Below are positions 1 to 12,049 of a stretch of 64,000 nt of DNA, in pieces (positions within the stretch are counted from its first letter, which is position 1; each line of letters begins with the position of its first letter). The stretch is from Dicyema japonicum (lineage: Eukaryota; Animalia; Dicyemida), in the NCBI GenBank assembly GCA_011109175.1, contig RDEW01000002.1, positions 2,272,997-2,336,996 of the forward strand. Reading direction: 5' to 3'. The notes beneath the pieces are model-generated. The model searched no databases and had not been told where the DNA came from. It worked only from the letters and a program-made list of their open reading frames with translations. The position numbers and the translations under genes were made by a program.

Positions 1-846
1 GTTTATATTGTTATTTTTTTTCTAATGAAGATTACAAAATATTTGTACAATTAAATAGACTAAATATCACTTCCTTAGTTACTTCCTATTTCTTACACAT
101 TTACACAATATAGTCATGTCGTCTACCGGTCGAATGAGTGTGACACCGTTGTTTCGTGAAGTGTCTTCATCTTCTTAAGATGAATGTGACTTCTAGTTCC
201 CCTTTTTCTCTCATGGATGTACGAACTGATTGAGGAGGCATTGGATATACAATGTTTCAAAATATCGGGTCACTATGCTTCGAATTTCATCTGGCACAGA
301 ATTTGGAGGAACTTGCACAAGTTCATTTTGGGGAGATCAGGGAATTATTGGATATCTTCTAGAGTTGTGAGATTCACGGAAATCTAGGGATGAAGTGAAG
401 ATTTACTAACAAATGAGAGTTAGCTAGATCAAACTAGCCCGATCATTTCCAACAGCTCCATAAGAATGCCATCTTCGGTGTTCCTCTCGTCTTAGTTTTC
501 ATTTGAATTCTCAAGTCGACTGTGCACTTGCTCTACAGTCCTTGAGATGTTAGTCTTATTACATTCGTTAGAGGAAGTCATCCTATATTTGTATTCTATA
601 TGGATACTCTCCGATGTTTGTGATAACCACCGACTGAATATTCTCGTATTGGACCCCCACATCAAGAGAACTAAGGTGATGGCCGTAGAATTCACCACAA
701 TAGCATCCCATGTTAGTACCATGTTACTTTTGCTCCCCTATTGATGTCTCACTCCCCTATTGATTAATCGAATTTACGAATACAGTCGACTTAATGTTAC
801 TTCCTACTAAATCGCTTTCAAATTAAAAAAATTAAAAGAATAGTTA

Positions 847-1326
847 CTACGTGTTTTTCTCATCTTCGGAAATATCCCCTTTCTGAGGATTGCCCAGTCC
901 TGCAGGATCACTGAAATCATAGACATTCGTGAGGTTCCCATTACTGCTAGGACGTTCATTTCTTGAACGTATTTTCCCACGGTAAAACTCTCTGTAGGAT
1001 TCGATCAAGGGATAGAGAACGTCTACATTGAAGCAGTCCCTTGAGAAGACGACTTCTTCTTTAATATATATGAGGTATTTGTAAAAATCCGGAAAATACT
1101 TTTCATCGTACATTTTCACGATTGAATATATAAAGTTTATTAGATCATCCTCCTTAATCAGACTCAATTTCTTTTTATAGTCACATTTCTCTAAGTAAAA
1201 CTCTACGTCTTCATGTTCGGGATCATACTCTTCTACGGCCTCTTCTTCAGACTCAACATCACCATAAACGGCTAAAACCTCATTAGAATTATCACCTCCA
1301 AGCATTTCCTCCCAGTGCTTCTTCAT
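847..1326 (-). CDS. Hypothetical acidic protein; possibly the first exon of a longer microintron-containing gene running toward position ~100
   Basis: 159-codon ATG-started ORF rich in E/D/K/Y. Downstream GT..AG segments of 25-36 nt can extend the frame. No family recognised. Confidence 0.4.
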   Translation of the reverse strand: MKKHWEEMLGGDNSNEVLAVYGDVESEEEAVEEYDPEHEDVEFYLEKCDYKKKLSLIKEDDLINFIYSIVKMYDEKYFPDFYKYLIYIKEEVVFSRDCFNVDVLYPLIESYREFYRGKIRSRNERPSSNGNLTNVYDFSDPAGLGNPQKGDISEDEKNT

Positions 1327-1499
1327 TTCCCCAATACGGCTACTCGCGTATTAATAATTAATTTCGACGTAAAATGCGTCGAATTGCGGAATTTGCTAGT
1401 TTATACAGATTTTTACTATTTTTGGAAGATTTTATTTCGCCGCATTTCGATCATTCGGAGGAAGTAAAAAATTCGGATGTGCTAGAAAAAGACAAAATT

Positions 1500-1640
1500 C
1501 CGGTGGTTTCCAGTTCGAATCCCCATCTCTCCATTCCGGTTGAAGGTTCCACCCGGTTCCTTGTTTGATGAGTGACACCGTCATCATTGGTTCCTTATCG
1601 CGGACTCGGGTTGGCATAGTAACCCTCAAGCAAGCAAAAA
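1500..1640 (+). mobile_element. Diverged copy of the tRNA-derived SINE family
   Basis: B-box-like gttcgaatcc followed by gaaggttccac...gagtgacaccgtcatca, motifs shared with the copies at 51.2, 53.4, 54.8 and 60.9 kb. Confidence 0.35.
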
Positions 1641-2062
1641 AAGTTAAGAACATACCTTGGAGCAGTAGAGAGATTTGAGACAGTCGATAGAAACCATCCG
1701 TAGTTGCAAGCAGTGACACGTGCGATGAATAGTTAGATAATTTCAAAGGTTTTAATATTCACTAGTTTACTGGTTAATACGCATTATAAAATATCATGAG
1801 TTCAGTGGAGGATCTCTGGAGGGAAATGATTTGGCGACCTTTTCTTAATGTTCGCAGCCTCCCACGTGTTAGCGAAGCTTTGGTTAACAATTTAAGTTAA
1901 ATAAGTTGAAGTTATGATTTATTATTTGAGGAAGCAACATAAGTATCTGAGGAAGTAAAGCGCCGAGATAATCAAAAAGGTATATCGACTAATCCCTTAG
2001 AAGACAGCTAAAGTACCTCTCGCGATTAAAGAGGCCAATAAGGGGGAACTCTGAAAGGATAG

Positions 2063-2128
2063 TCCAGAAAATCCTGAATCTTCTTATTATACCACGTTCC
2101 AGAAAATCCTGAATCTTCATATTATACC
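2063..2128 (+). repeat. Direct repeat, 2 x ~31 bp, period 35
   Basis: tccagaaaatcctgaatcttc(t/a)tattatacc at 2063 and 2098. Confidence 0.8.
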
Positions 2129-2149
2129 GCGGGATCTGGTAACATTCTA

Positions 2150-3650
2150 TGAATAAGCAACAACTTTTGAATCAATTTAAAGAATCTTTACCTGATTCTG
2201 GGAAATTTGAGTAATTTCGACTCATAATTTAATATTAATGAATTTACCACGAGTAAAGGCCAGAATTAGAGTATTTGATCTTGAAAGGTTCTACCTGTCA
2301 TCAAATTGGCTTGCTGTTCCTCCCGTGAACCCGTACAACCAGGTGATGAACAGGGAGCTGCACAGTATAACGGGGACTTTGAATGGCTAAGACGAGTTAA
2401 GGTTCGGTCCATTATCCTGGCATGGATGTTTCAAGAATTCAGTAGTCAAAGCTGGGTCTTTTGAAGACAATTATCGAAGATCAATGAGAATAAGCTACAT
2501 CAATTTGGTACTTAGAAGCCATAATTTGATGTACTTTTTAGCCAAAGAGTACTCATTCTCAGGGAAGAGTATTGGATTTTTTCAATATTCGTAATAAACA
2601 AAGCAGGAACAGCATAATTCAACGACGTTCTAATAAACTCTGTAGACAACTGATAGACTTTCCTTGCTCTTGACAAATGACGTCTCCACCACGGACAGCA
2701 GCAAGTTGAACCTTATCTGAAATTTTTGGCATATTTAAGAAACTTCAACTACCAAAGATGAACACTCTAACTACCAGTCCCAATATTTTGTGGTTTTTTA
2801 CATAGGAAGAGGAGGGTGCCATGTTGAACTGACGACAGTCACTTTTAAAAACGGTTTGTTGTAGGAACGTCCAAGACGGCCAAACAGGAACGTAACAACC
2901 ACGAATTTATCCGATAAAGGATCCCCGTTTGGAGTATCTTCTTGGAAGCTAAGGGTTCAATTGGAAGCTAATTTAGTAAAACACGTTCCGTAATCTTCAA
3001 AACAACTGACAGGAGAGTGACTTCTGGTCCTGCATATTTTTAAAATTGATATATCGGGGAACCATTTCCGAAATAAAATTCCGGTTTGAAAGAATCATCT
3101 CCCACTACAACAGTGCTTCCACTAGGTTTCTTCAGCAGTCTCTTCTGATAGAAAAAGTCTCAGATCCTGGAGAGCAGCATCCAGATAAACAACAAAGAGA
3201 ATTTAATATGTATTTTAAATTTGGGAGAGCGTTCCGAGCCAACCAGACTTCCAATTCCGTGATTGAACGTAGAGCCCGTATCCTTCGTCTATCAACGTTT
3301 CTAGTAGTCGCATGAGCTTCTATTAAACCGTATCAAAAGCTCTCGGTAAATCGATCCCCAGAATATAAACTTCCTTGTATAACCTTTACTTCATGGCGCA
3401 CACCCATCTATGTGTCCACACGATATCCGCTGTAGACCTTCTCTTTTAGTCAGTTTTTGCAAAGCCGTCTGTATCTCAGTTAGAGTTAGTGGGAGTTTAA
3501 ACATCTCGGATCTCCGACAAACTGATGTAACTCCTATCATTTTTGAAAAGGAATTCAAAGTAGTCAGCTATTTTTTCGACCATCTTTTTTTTGTCAAATA
3601 TTTTCCTTCCCGATTAGGCGAAAAATATCAACCTGTTTGTCATTTAAACT
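2150..3650 (-). mobile_element. Degraded RTE-like LINE reverse transcriptase
   Basis: Minus strand gives RRSTADIVWTHRW..ILGIDLPRAFDTV and DTPNGDPLSDKFVV, homologous to the RT at 48254-48934; many stops and frameshifts. Confidence 0.7.
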
Positions 3651-4782
3651 AAAGGATGCTGGTTTTCTTGAAGTTTGAGATTAAGGTCCAGTCGACTAGA
3701 ATTCGGGGAATAGTTTGAATATGTCACATAGGCCAAGCGAAAATTGCAGACTTATTTTTAGATCAATAAAAAATTTATCTGAAATTATTCATTTTGACCA
3801 AAAGCAAAAACTTGGTATATCATCATAAAAAATTAAACTTGGAAAAGGATTCGAAAATTACAAACTTCACAGTAAATGTCGTTTTATGATTTTCATATTC
3901 GATTTTGTTGACTCCTTCATGTGAACTGCCCTGACTTCCACGTGTAATACGTTTGTCAAGACATCCACTTCAGTTTCATTACCACGGGATAAGACTAATC
4001 AGTTCAGACAAACATCCTTTAGCTATGGCAAACCTTTCACTAATTATAGTAAAATATGAATTTTCTAAGTAGCTTATATTTCGCAAGGCATCATTGAATT
4101 TCATATCCAAATAATCTTTCCACAATTTTTAAAGCTATAACAAAATAATCTTAGCACGCGGGAAATTACGATATAAAATTTAGGGTTGCCACCATAAAAA
4201 GATAAAAATCTGATGATAAAAAATTGTGCGATCCACTGTCTTCTCATTTCCATTGGACATTCGACACAAAAAGCTAAGAAAGGAAACTTTAGGAACTTAT
4301 CTTATCATCAATTGGAAAAGTAAATCCCACGAGACTTTGGAATACTATCCCTCAAATCAAATTTATACATATCAAATGAAACAGAATCTCCCCCTGCTCA
4401 AAGGAAGCTAATGAAGTATTAAGTTTACGTTTCTATAGACATTTCAAAGACTCCGACCGTCAATTCGTAATTTGGTACCTAAAAAATAACTCATGTATAG
4501 AACTCATTAGTCAGGATGAAGTTACAAAAGAATAGATCAATTAAGAATCCTATACGTGTAAGCATGATGGAGGTATTCTTGAATTCTGTTGATAATCTTT
4601 AAGATATTGCAATCAGATCGATCCCGAGACTAATAAATCCCATTTCAGAGGGTATCTGTCCAGAACGGAACCAATTGAAAATGATGAAAACGTTTTCAGA
4701 AAAGCAAAAAATTGTGAGTAATTTAATTATCAGACACCTTAATTATCGATTTATATAATTATAATTAAAATATAATAAACGC

Positions 4783-7455
4783 AAAGAAATTGCCGAATTG
4801 GCTGAAGAGTCTGTTGGCGGAAACATTGAAAGAATGATCACCCACAAAAGGAAAAGGGAAAATCATTATCCCATAAAAGGAAAACGGATATTTTTTATAT
4901 TTTTATTAATGAGAAAATATTTTTTTAGAAATTAATGATAAAATGAATTTTAAACAAAAGCAATAAATCATTGATTTAAATAATTAAATTTAATATAGAA
5001 ATTGCCGAATTGGCTGAAGAGTCAGTTGGCAGAGAAGTTGAAAGAATGATCACCCACAAAAGGAAAAGGGAAAATCATGATCCCATAAAAGGAAAAAGGG
5101 ATATTTTTTATATTTTTATTAATGAGAAAATATTTTTTAAGAAATTAATGATAAAATAATTTTAAAAAAGACAATAAATCATTGATTTATATAATTAAAT
5201 TTAATATAGAAATTGCCGAATTGGCTGAAGAGTCAGTTGGCGGAAACTCCTTGAAAGAATGATCACCCACAAAAGGAAAAGGGAAAATCATGATCCCATA
5301 AAAGGAAAAAGGGATATTTTTTATATTTTTATTAATGAGAAAATATTTTTTAAGAAATTAATGATAAAATATTTTAAAAAAGACAATAAATCATTGATTT
5401 ATATAATTAAATTTAATATAGAAATTGCCGAATTGGCTGAAGAGTCAGTTGGCGGAAACATTGAAAGAATGATCACCCACAAAAGGAAAAGGGAAAATCA
5501 TGATCCCATAAAAGGAAAAAGGGATATTTTTTATATTTTTTAATTATGAGAAAATATTTTTTAAGAAATTAATGATAAAATGCAATTTTAAAGAAAGACA
5601 ATAAATCATTGATTTAAATAATTAAATTTAATATAGAAATTGCCGAATTGGCTGAAGAGTCAGTTGGCGGTAGATCGTTGAAAGAATGATCACCCACAAA
5701 AGGAAAAGGGAAAATCATGATCCCATAAAAGGAAAAAGGGATATTTTTTATATTTTTATTAATGAGAAAATATTTTTTAAGAAATTAATGATAAAATAAA
5801 TTTTAAAAAGACAATAAATCATTGATTTAATAATTTAATTTAATATAGAAATTGCCGAATTGGCTGAAGAGTCAGTTGGCAGTAATGTTGAAAGAATGAT
5901 TACCCACAAAAGGAAAAGGGAAAATCATGAACCCATAAAAGGAAAAAGGGATATTTTTTATATTTTTATTAATGAGAAAAAATTTTTTAAGAAATTAATG
6001 ATAAAATATTTTAAAGAAAGACAATAAATCATTGATTTAAATAATTTAATTTAATATAGAAATTGCCGAATTGGCTGAAGAGTCAGTTGGCAGTAATTTG
6101 AAAGAATGATTACCCACAAAAGGAAAAGGGAAAATCATGAACCCATAAAAGGAAAAAGGGATATTTTTTATATTTTTATTAATGAGAAAATATTTTTTAA
6201 GAAATTAATGATAAAATGAATTTTAAACAAAAACAATAAATCATTGATTTAAATAATTAAATTTAATATAGAAATTGCCGAATTGGCTGAAGAGTCAGTT
6301 GGCGGAATTTGAAAGAATGATCACCCACAAAAGGAAAAGGGAAAATCATGATCCCATAAAAGGAAAAAGGGATATTTTTTATATTTTTATTAATGAGAAA
6401 ATATTTTTTAAGAAATTAATGATAAAATAAATTTTAAACAAAAACAATAAATCATTGATTTAAATAATTAAATTTAATATAGAAATTGCCGAATTGGCTG
6501 AAGAGTCAGTTGGCGGAATTGAAAGAATGATCACCCACAAAAGGAAAAGGGAAAATCATGATCCCATAAAAGGAAAAAGGGATATTTTTTATATTTTTAT
6601 TAATGAGAAAATATTTTTTAAGAAATTAATGATAAAATAAATTTTAAACAAAACCAATAAATCATTGATTTATATGATTAAATTTAATATAGAAATTGCC
6701 GAATTGGCTGAAGAGTCAGTTGGCGGAATTTGAAAGAATGATCACCCACAAAAGGAAAAGGGAAAATCATGATCCCATAAAAGGAAAAAGGGATATTTTT
6801 TATATTTTTATTAATGAGAAAATATTTTTTAAGAAATTAATGATTAATGATAAAATGCATTTTAAAGAAAGACAATAAATCATTGATTTAAATAATTAAA
6901 TTTAATATAGAAATTGCCGAATTGGCTGAAGAGTCAGTTGGCGGAATTTGAAAGAATGATCACCCACAAAAGGAAAAGGGAAAATCATGATCCCATAAAA
7001 GGAAAAAGGGATATTTTTTATATTTTTATTAATGAGAAAATATTTTTTAAGAAATTAATGATAAAATGCATTTTAAAGAAAGACAATAAATCATTGATTT
7101 AATAATTAAATTTAATATAGAAATTGCCGAATTGGCTGAAGAGTCAGTTGGCGGAAACTTTGAAAGAATGATCACCCACAAAAGGAAAAGGGAAAATCAT
7201 GATCCCATAAAAGGAAAAAGGGATATTTTTTATATTTTTATTAATGAGAAAATATTTTTTAAGAAATTAATGATAAAATATTTTAAACAAAACCAATAAA
7301 TCATTGATTTATAAATAATTAAATTTAATATAGAAATTGCCGAATTGGCTGAAGAGTCAGTTGGCAGTAATGTTGAAAGAATGATCACCCACAAAAGGAA
7401 AAGGGAAAATCATGAACCCATAAAAGGAAAAAGGGATATTTTTTTTATATTTAAT
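4783..7455 (+). repeat. Tandem array of 13 units (210-218 bp; last partial), each with a hypervariable 7-12 nt cassette inside a 21-26 nt GT-AG segment
   Basis: Anchor tgccgaattggctgaagag at 4791, 5003, 5214, 5426, 5641, 5853, 6064, 6276, 6487, 6697, 6915, 7125, 7338; flanks nearly invariant. Confidence 0.95.
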
Positions 7456-7699
7456 ACTCATGGAATCAATTTCCTTACCCTTCGTAAGCTGTAGGACATA
7501 GATTTGGTTACTACATAAAAAAATCAGAGATGCTCGTTGTTTAACTGGCATACAGATGGAATCTCGCTCTTAATTACTTTAAAGGAGAAATGGCCCACGT
7601 TACTTGTTCACTAGCCAACAGCAACTCTTTAGCGAGTTTTAAAATCAATAATATTTTTTTAATGAAAAAGTATATATTTTAAAAACATTGATTAAAATA

Positions 7700-8350
7700 A
7701 AAATGAAATGAAAATGAATTAAAACAACAAGTTATGGAATAGGTAACTTCCAGTCCGGCGGTTGGCCTGGACTGTTAATCCGGGTACCATTTATCCTTGA
7801 TATCCATCCAATTACTAATTTATCTCCAGAACGCTGTAGGTACAAAGCCAGTACGCCCATCTCTAGTTAGTTCTCCCTTTGTAAGTTTTTTCCCCAGTAT
7901 GTTATTCCACGGTGGTCCCAAACCGTCCTGCAGAGACCGATGATGTGGTTAACAAAGTCCCTTGTAGACCAGGATACAAATGAAAGAATCAATTGGTGTG
8001 GGTACTAGGTCCAACTTGGAAAATATCCGGAGTTTTGACCCTTTGGCTATTGCGTCCCTCAAAAAGTTCCTTCGTTTTTGGTAGAATATGTCTATTCGGC
8101 ACGTAGTATGTTTCTCAACCTTGTAATATATTCCTTCGTCTTGTAGAATAGGTTCATTCGACTTGTAATACGTTTCTTCGCCTTGAGAAGACTCCCTTGC
8201 AGTCAATAGGTTCCTTCGTCTTTTAATATGGCCCTTGTAATGTGGATCTTCGCCTTGAAACTCCTTCGACTTGAGAACATGAAGAGAACATAAAAGTAGC
8301 ACCAGTGGCACCACCTCCACATCCCCCAAATATTGGCGGTCCAACTGCTA
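7700..8350 (-). mobile_element. 3' end of a Jockey/I-like LINE with 3' stem-loop and (TTTCA)n-type tail
   Basis: 7700-7810 is nearly identical to 19798-19925, the 3' end of the APE-RT LINE; an H..C knuckle-like remnant (NHIIGLC) lies nearby. Confidence 0.55.
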
Positions 8351-8451
8351 CTGGTCCAATTATTCTATTCCAATTATTCTATTATTCTATTTTTAATGAC
8401 ACATAATCGTGAGTATTTGATTAAAATTTAAAATCAACTTTTATACGCGAT

Positions 8452-8824
8452 ACAATGTATTTTCCTGTTTTATTTATTTAAAACCAAGAATCATCGACAA
8501 AACCGCCAATTAGCTACTTCTGTGGGGCATGGGCCACAAAATGATTTTATACACATAATAAAAAATCAACATCTTTTCAAGAAACAGTCAAAGGTTTGCC
8601 TCCCCACTAATTCTAACTTAGTTCGAGGAATTTTTGAAGAGAATGGGAGCCCAATTGAAATCCTCAAAATTCTGAAAAGTGTCTCATACATGAAGTGTCG
8701 GGTTTCGGAGTAACACTTAGAAAGGATGAGCTTAAGAGGCCGGGATCACCTGATGTCCTCTTATCCTTTTTAATTTGTCGATGATTCTTGGTTTTAAATA
8801 AATAAAACAGGAAAAATACATTGT
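8452..8824. mobile_element. MITE-like element with ~50-bp inverted repeats
   Basis: 8452-8501 is the reverse complement of 8774-8824 with one indel; ~270 bp non-coding interior; no clear TSD. Confidence 0.6.
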
Positions 8825-9479
8825 TCACCGTTCCATAAAACCAACAAACCAAACAGAAGCTATTTAATTTTTACAAGATTGTAAAATTATGAAATTATCA
8901 CAAAAGAGAGTTCCGATCTAGTTTTCTTTGAGAGCAGGTATTTAAATCGCGGATGTTAGAGGGAAGTAGATCAAAATTTGAGGATGTCACTAAACTTCTC
9001 GAGTCGAGCAGGTGTGTTGTCGAGTTGAGGATAAGATTTTCATGATGAGAACCAAAATCCAGAACTGTGAAAGAGAGGACATCAGAGTAGCTCTTACTAA
9101 GGAGAATCACAAATATAGAGCATTTTTGTTGAGGTATTGACGTCCTTCTTTGAAAATGTCTTCGCGCTTGATTGCCTGTTAACCATTGTCCCTCGGTACT
9201 TTCAAGTTCATGGACGTGATTTATCAATTTTGAGGTCACTCTTTGCTGTCTTATCGCACATTCTATTACGCAATTGGAGGTCAGACGGTTATTACACAAT
9301 TAATCTGCAATGATTGTCGATATTTTTGGATTTACAGTCAAGATTTTTATTACTGTGTGTATGGGCTGTCTCGGATCTTATTGCAGTCATGCAACTTAAG
9401 TTCGGAATGAAAACCCAATTTTGTCAGCCATCATCAATGTCTATGCTCCGACTGCTGCCCGGGTTGATGCAGCGTCTGA

Positions 9480-9750
9480 AGAACTACCGTGTTCAATTTT
9501 ATGTTTGACTGAGACATATGACTCACACTTTCGTCATCATTTCTTACGTTTATTGTGGAGATTGGAATTCCAGAGTTGGTAGAGGGTGGAATGAGGAGAC
9601 TTTTATTGGATCGCATGCTCGGTGTTTAACTATTCCAATTCTCATCCTACAGCTTATTACGAATTCTGGTTTTGATCATCCAGCAAAACACAAGACTACT
9701 TGGGTTGGTTCAAGAAAGGACAAACCCGGGAACCCAATTAAAACATAAAA
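9480..9750 (+). mobile_element. RTE-type APE endonuclease fragment
   Basis: YCGDWNSRVG...IGSHAR and ITNSGFDHPAKHKTTW match RTE endonuclease motifs (GDFNAKVG, HKTTW). Confidence 0.6.
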
Positions 9751-10434
9751 CCAAATCGAGAATATCTTGTCTGTTCCTCTTCTTCCACTTTCTACTTTAT
9801 TGGCGTCATGTGATCCACTCAGGTGGCACCCAGTGCAAGGCTGGCACGAAAAAGGATAATTTGCTCTCCCCCACTCTACTGGAGGGGTTTCCACAGCTGC
9901 AGGGCATTCATCTTTTACAATTTATTCTCGTTACCGGTTAACTTGTTGAAAGAATCGATAGATGCAGACAATAGCGCTCAGGATTTGTGGAGATACGTTG
10001 ATGTCGCAATGAAGAATACAGCGGAATTGATTTTGGGGACTGTCCATTAAAATAAAGTATGACAATAAAGAAATATCTTTCTTATCTACAGAAAAAAGAA
10101 TTTGAGAATTAGAATTAACAATTCAAATATACCGAGTACCTCGTAACGTGGGTTTTCCCCAATTTACTTTGGCGGTTTCTATCGATGATTGCTCAACTCG
10201 ATCGGATTCGGAGCCGCAGAAAGTGATGAAGCCTGAACTAGTGTTCCAGATTGGCGCGTTATCGAGTAATGGGTAATAGTTGAGCAGAGAAATTGGTTAA
10301 TCGGACCATTTTTTGCTTTCAGTTCTACCACGGCCAAAAAAGGGCCGATACATTGAAAATCAATGAAAAATAAAATAAATTTAGATCCAATTCTCATAGC
10401 TCATAATGGCAAAATAACTCATTATTCTTCCCGT

Positions 10435-10565
10435 TTGCTGCTGGAAAGCCCCTTGTCTGGTCACGCATGACGACACTTTTGCTTCAAACAACCTCGTTCA
10501 GAGTGCTGCCAAATGTCTGTTCAGCCACGGAGGATGCCGATAAATTGAAACGTCGGAGGTATGGG
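10435..10565 (+). mobile_element. CRE-clade RLE domain fragment
   Basis: GKPLVW.....DTFASN..VQSAA..A.KLKRRRY, homologous to 41810-41930. Confidence 0.5.
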
Positions 10566-11639
10566 GATGCATTTATTTACCATAGGTATTTTCAAGCAAA
10601 AGAAGTAACTACCCAAAGCGAACTGTAATCTCTTATTGTATGTACGAGATTGACATAAGCTGACCTGGCGGGTTTATCCTGTGTGAAAGGTAAGCTTTCC
10701 CTATGGGGTCACTTAGTTGGATGAAGACTGCAGTGAGGCACGTGATAACGTGAATCAGTTAGAGTAAATACAAGCAGTGAAACCGGATTAACATACAATG
10801 AGATCGACATTTAAGTCATTGTCAGTTAATTCTTGATTCTACAGAGGTACCCACAATCTAGTCAAAGAAGGGCCAAATGAGAGATTCTAGTGAGTCACAA
10901 ATTACATGGATTCTTCTTTATAGGAGACCGTTGTTGATGTATGTTGGTATATCCGCGAGGTTAAGCAGGAACGTATAAGCACCCAATGTGGTGGAAATTG
11001 GCAAAAGCAAGTTCTTCCATAAGGGTGCCGTCGAGGAGAAGGAGAGATGGATATTGGATCTTTAAGGGAATCAATGAAACAAAAATATGAAAATCAAATA
11101 AATCTCATAAGTGAAATGTCAAAGAAATAACGGGGAACAGGAATCTCAGAGAAATCTCAAGGAAATGACAAGAATCTCAGAAAGGGGAACAGGAATCTCA
11201 GAAGAATTAGCAGACAGTATGGAAATTAGCTGTAAAAAAACTTGAAGAACATGTGCTAAAGAATTAAGAAACAAATCAAAGCACTTATTAACATCCTGCT
11301 AACTCCCGCGGTCACTTATCATGTGACCTCCGATTTCACATTGACATCAAAGGTACTACTGTGAAATATTTGGTTGTTAGATGATGGAACGATCAATGGA
11401 GACGCCTCGAGTATCGATGTTCTGGAAATCGCTATTCAGCCATGTCAGACCTCGGCCTGCAAGTCACTATGCAGAAGACAAAGATTATAAACCTTAGCTT
11501 CCACCGGACGACTTTTATACTGTCAAAACCATCTGGATTCTTTGTTCCCTTATTCGAAGATAGTAGGACTTCTGGAACGTTTTTTCTCGAATGCTCTCGA
11601 TTCTTGTCCGGTTGAAAAGTTTAAGAAGAAAAGTCGATT

Positions 11640-11890
11640 CTTTACGGTTCACGCAGAAAGTTTAAGCTCATACCGTTTTTTCTTATTGGAATTAACATTT
11701 TTTGGCTGGGCCCAAAAAGCTCCCGATAAGGTTTGGGGGAGTTGGTCTGAGGTCTCCTGCCGATTTGCCCATTCCATGTACCTGTCGTCCCTCGCAAGCT
11801 GCCATGCCTTGACCAACTCAATTTTATGTTCCTGACCCTGATTGAGTCTGGCCCATGTACATAACACGGTTGTACAGCAGTGGATAACAA
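11640..11890 (-). mobile_element. Possible Penelope-like GIY-YIG endonuclease remnant
   Basis: YMGQT...QEHK across a frameshift resembles the YIGQT..R..EH motif; weak. Confidence 0.25.
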
Positions 11891-12049
11891 GCGGGCTTGG
11901 TGTTCTAAAAAACTTTATCTCTCAAAAGGACTGTTATGAAATCCTTTGTGAAAAAAGCTAAATGAACTTAGAAGGTCTCCCAGAAACCCATCGTATAAAT
12001 GCAGCTTTCCCTGAGAATTCGGGTCCTGGCTCAATGCATTTTTGGTACG

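Noticed and set aside
5259-7102. One long repetitive ORF across the array
   Set aside because: Most units have in-frame TAA/TGA in the AT-rich half, with no GT donor there to remove them.
4783-7455. CRISPR array (constant repeat plus variable spacer)
   Set aside because: The constant part is ~200 bp, the variable parts are 7-12 nt and related to each other, the context is eukaryotic and no cas genes are present.
4783-7455. Box C/D snoRNA or TIGR-like guide array on the minus strand (variable patch 5 nt upstream of CTGA)
   Set aside because: C boxes are imperfect (ATGATTT, GTGATCA), there is no terminal stem, and several T-runs interrupt it; the GT-AG explanation fits better.
8898-9299. 133-aa minus-strand ORF as a gene
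   Set aside because: No recognisable motif or splice context; it lies between TE fragments.
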